Notes under the pieces: generated by a model
What the model was told of the DNA's origin: nothing
Databases searched by the model: none
The model's input: only the letters and a program-made list of their open reading frames with translations
Source: Anthoceros angustus
Lineage: Eukaryota > Plantae > Anthocerotophyta
DNA: 64,000 nt
Direction of reading: 5' to 3'
NCBI GenBank assembly: GCA_010909165.1
Contig: MU008186.1
Location: forward strand, 744,001-808,000
Translations under genes and position numbers: made by a program
Shown here: piece by piece, positions 61,990-64,000 of the stretch
Layout: each line of letters begins with the position of its first letter
Position numbering within the stretch: position 1 is the first letter of the stretch

Positions 61990-64000
61990 GGAGCCAGGGA
62001 TAGATGATGTACTTGGCTTAGCGGTTAACGGGAAACAATTTGCCATTTGACAACATCCGCAAAGGGTCGCATAGGAGAAGTAACCATTGATGGTGTTCCC
62101 GAGATCGTGGTGGATCGACGAAAGGACACTGCTACTGCCTTCACCGGAGAAGTGCACGACGCCTACTACTCGCCATTCAAGAGGACACCGAACAATAGAG
62201 ACAACGCACCACAAGGAGACAACGGATTGGAGCGAGAGTCCGCAAGAATGGAGCTTGAGTTCACACCAAGAACGATGTCTTCACGGAAAACATGGAAGCA
62301 TGTCTCTTGATTTCGAGGAGAAGTTTCGTGGGCAATGGCGGAAAACAAGATGAAATACAAGGACGAGTTCACTCGAGGATGGCGCTCATGAAGATGTCAT
62401 CCTACCTGGGTGAGGCTCTAATGTATTACAGAGATGAGAAGGTGGGATCCGAAGGTGGCCGAGAGAAGAGAAGCAAGGCACGAGCCAAGAGGGCTGGTTC
62501 GATTGCACCCCCATCGACGAGGACAAGCTCGAGCATCCGTGGACTTGATGTTCGCCAAGTTAACCACCATGTTTCCTACCTGAAAAGATCCAGAACCCGA
62601 GGTTTTCTTCAGCCTAACGAGACATTGCGTGCATCTTACCTCGATTGAAGGTTCCGTGGAAGACACGGATGTCAAGACGATGAGGAGGTCAGAGATCTTC
62701 ATGGCATTGCCCGCCGTGACAAAGAAGGAAGGTGATGGACTCACGCATGGAGCGATGGGAGAGAGATATCGCTTGATAGACGCCATCAAATTGCCGAGAA
62801 GGTGCTCAAAGGAGATGCGTGCTTACTTGGAGGATCACGAGTCGTGAAGGGCCCTTCGCAAAGACGGGTCCGGAGGACACGGAATTCCGTGTTGTTCCAA
62901 GGTACCAAGACGGGAGCACCCTCGTGACATGGCAAGCACCACATGAAGGAGAGGCCCTAACAATGCAGTCAAGTGAAGTGTGGCAGATGCCGGGAGCGCA
63001 TAAGGCGCTCAATGCGACTACAAGCCGTGGTCCAAGGGCGGAAGCCTGTAAGTCTTGTGGCGATGGGGCACATGGAGGCAGTGTTGGGAAGCTCATCCAG
63101 TGAAGCCCAAGCTTGCATCACCGAGAAGGAGAAGGGCAAGGGCCCAAGTCGTAAGGCTCTCCTCGGGCAAGTGGAGGAGCTCAAGAAGGAGATGGCCAAC
63201 ATGGCGTAATGCGAGGATTTTGTTCTCGACTGGCGAAGATGAGGCGTTTGGCATGATGGCGGTGCGCAAGAAAAGAAAAGGTCATGTTGACTTTGGTGAA
63301 GGCGCCATCGCAAGGGAGTGCCGGAACGGGAATCGACCAAGATGCCGGAGAGTTTCGTGTCGAGGAAAACTCCACGACATAAAGTGTGTCGATCGAGACG
63401 TTGAGGCGTTCTGGACAAGGCCATGGAGGTGCTCGCAGAAGTCTTGTGGATCCGGGAGTGAAGGGCAACAACTTCAAAAACATCATGCGAGAATGGCTGA
63501 GAAGGAGCTTGAATGCAGGATCTCTTCCTAGTATGGCGGTGTGTGTGGCGATCATCTGATGCCAGAGGAGCGAGGTGAAGGAGGTGTTGCCATGATTGAT
63601 AACACGGGACGGCACGTGACTTTTGATGGCTATGCTCCAGTAAACGTACTTGTAGACACAGGAGCGGATCCGAGATCGCCGGGAGCACGGTGGAGGCACT
63701 AAAGTCAGACGGACACAAGCTCGCTCCGAGCGACGTGAACATCACCACCTGCAGTACCAAGGAATGAATCGGGAATGACGAGGAGGCCGTGAAGATTGAA
63801 TTGAAGCTCGCACGAAGGATGCCAGATCATTGAAGTGAGATGTTTGGTCACGGTGCAAAGACATATGATGTCTTCTGGGGTCGGACGGAACTCACCGCCC
63901 CGCCATGGGGGTTGATCCCTTGCACAAGCTTTCTGCATTCCGGTGGAGAGGAGATTTCACGATGTTGCAATTCCTCTAAGGATGAATAGGAGTGGTGGCA
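61990..64000 (+). pseudogene. gag: Ty3/gypsy gag-protease region, plus strand, runs off the window
   Basis: KTWKHVS.DFEEKF (Retrotrans_gag-like), CKSCGDGAH knuckle-like motif at about 63048, VNVLVDTGADP aspartyl protease at about 63645. Confidence 0.7.

Noticed and set aside
62969-63760. 263-aa minus-strand ORF
   Set aside because: Antisense shadow of the plus-strand gag-protease region
1-64000. rRNA, tRNA, snRNA genes and organellar insertions
   Set aside because: No recognisable conserved RNA-gene or organellar sequence seen by eye; a covariance-model search was not possible

Overview
Eukaryotic, plant-like, transposon-saturated window with short GT-AG introns. A lycophyte/bryophyte-like genome is a low-confidence guess. 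The window holds three Ty1/copia elements (one full length, two lacking a 5' LTR), one complete 10.6-kb CACTA element with terminal inverted repeats and a CTC target-site duplication, and several nested or tandem Ty3/gypsy pieces. Almost all transposon coding sequence from 3 to 61 kb is on the minus strand. Non-transposon content is small: a fungal-type AAA+ ATPase gene at about 0.9-2.8 kb, a few orphan ORFs and a putative multi-exon gene at 37-38.5 kb. The three most interesting observations are: (1) a clean 3-exon antisense gene between the pol stop and the polypurine tract of a copia element; (2) a gypsy accessory-ORF cassette with its own conserved internal promoter (CCTTGGCC, about 28 bp, CTATATATG), present five times and tandemly amplified; (3) the fungal-like AAA ATPase, a horizontal-transfer candidate. 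Caveat: frameshift density is high and uneven, which suggests uncorrected long-read errors, so many pseudogene calls and some duplications may be artefacts. All family assignments come from motif recognition by eye, not from database searches. No rRNA, tRNA or CRISPR array was found.
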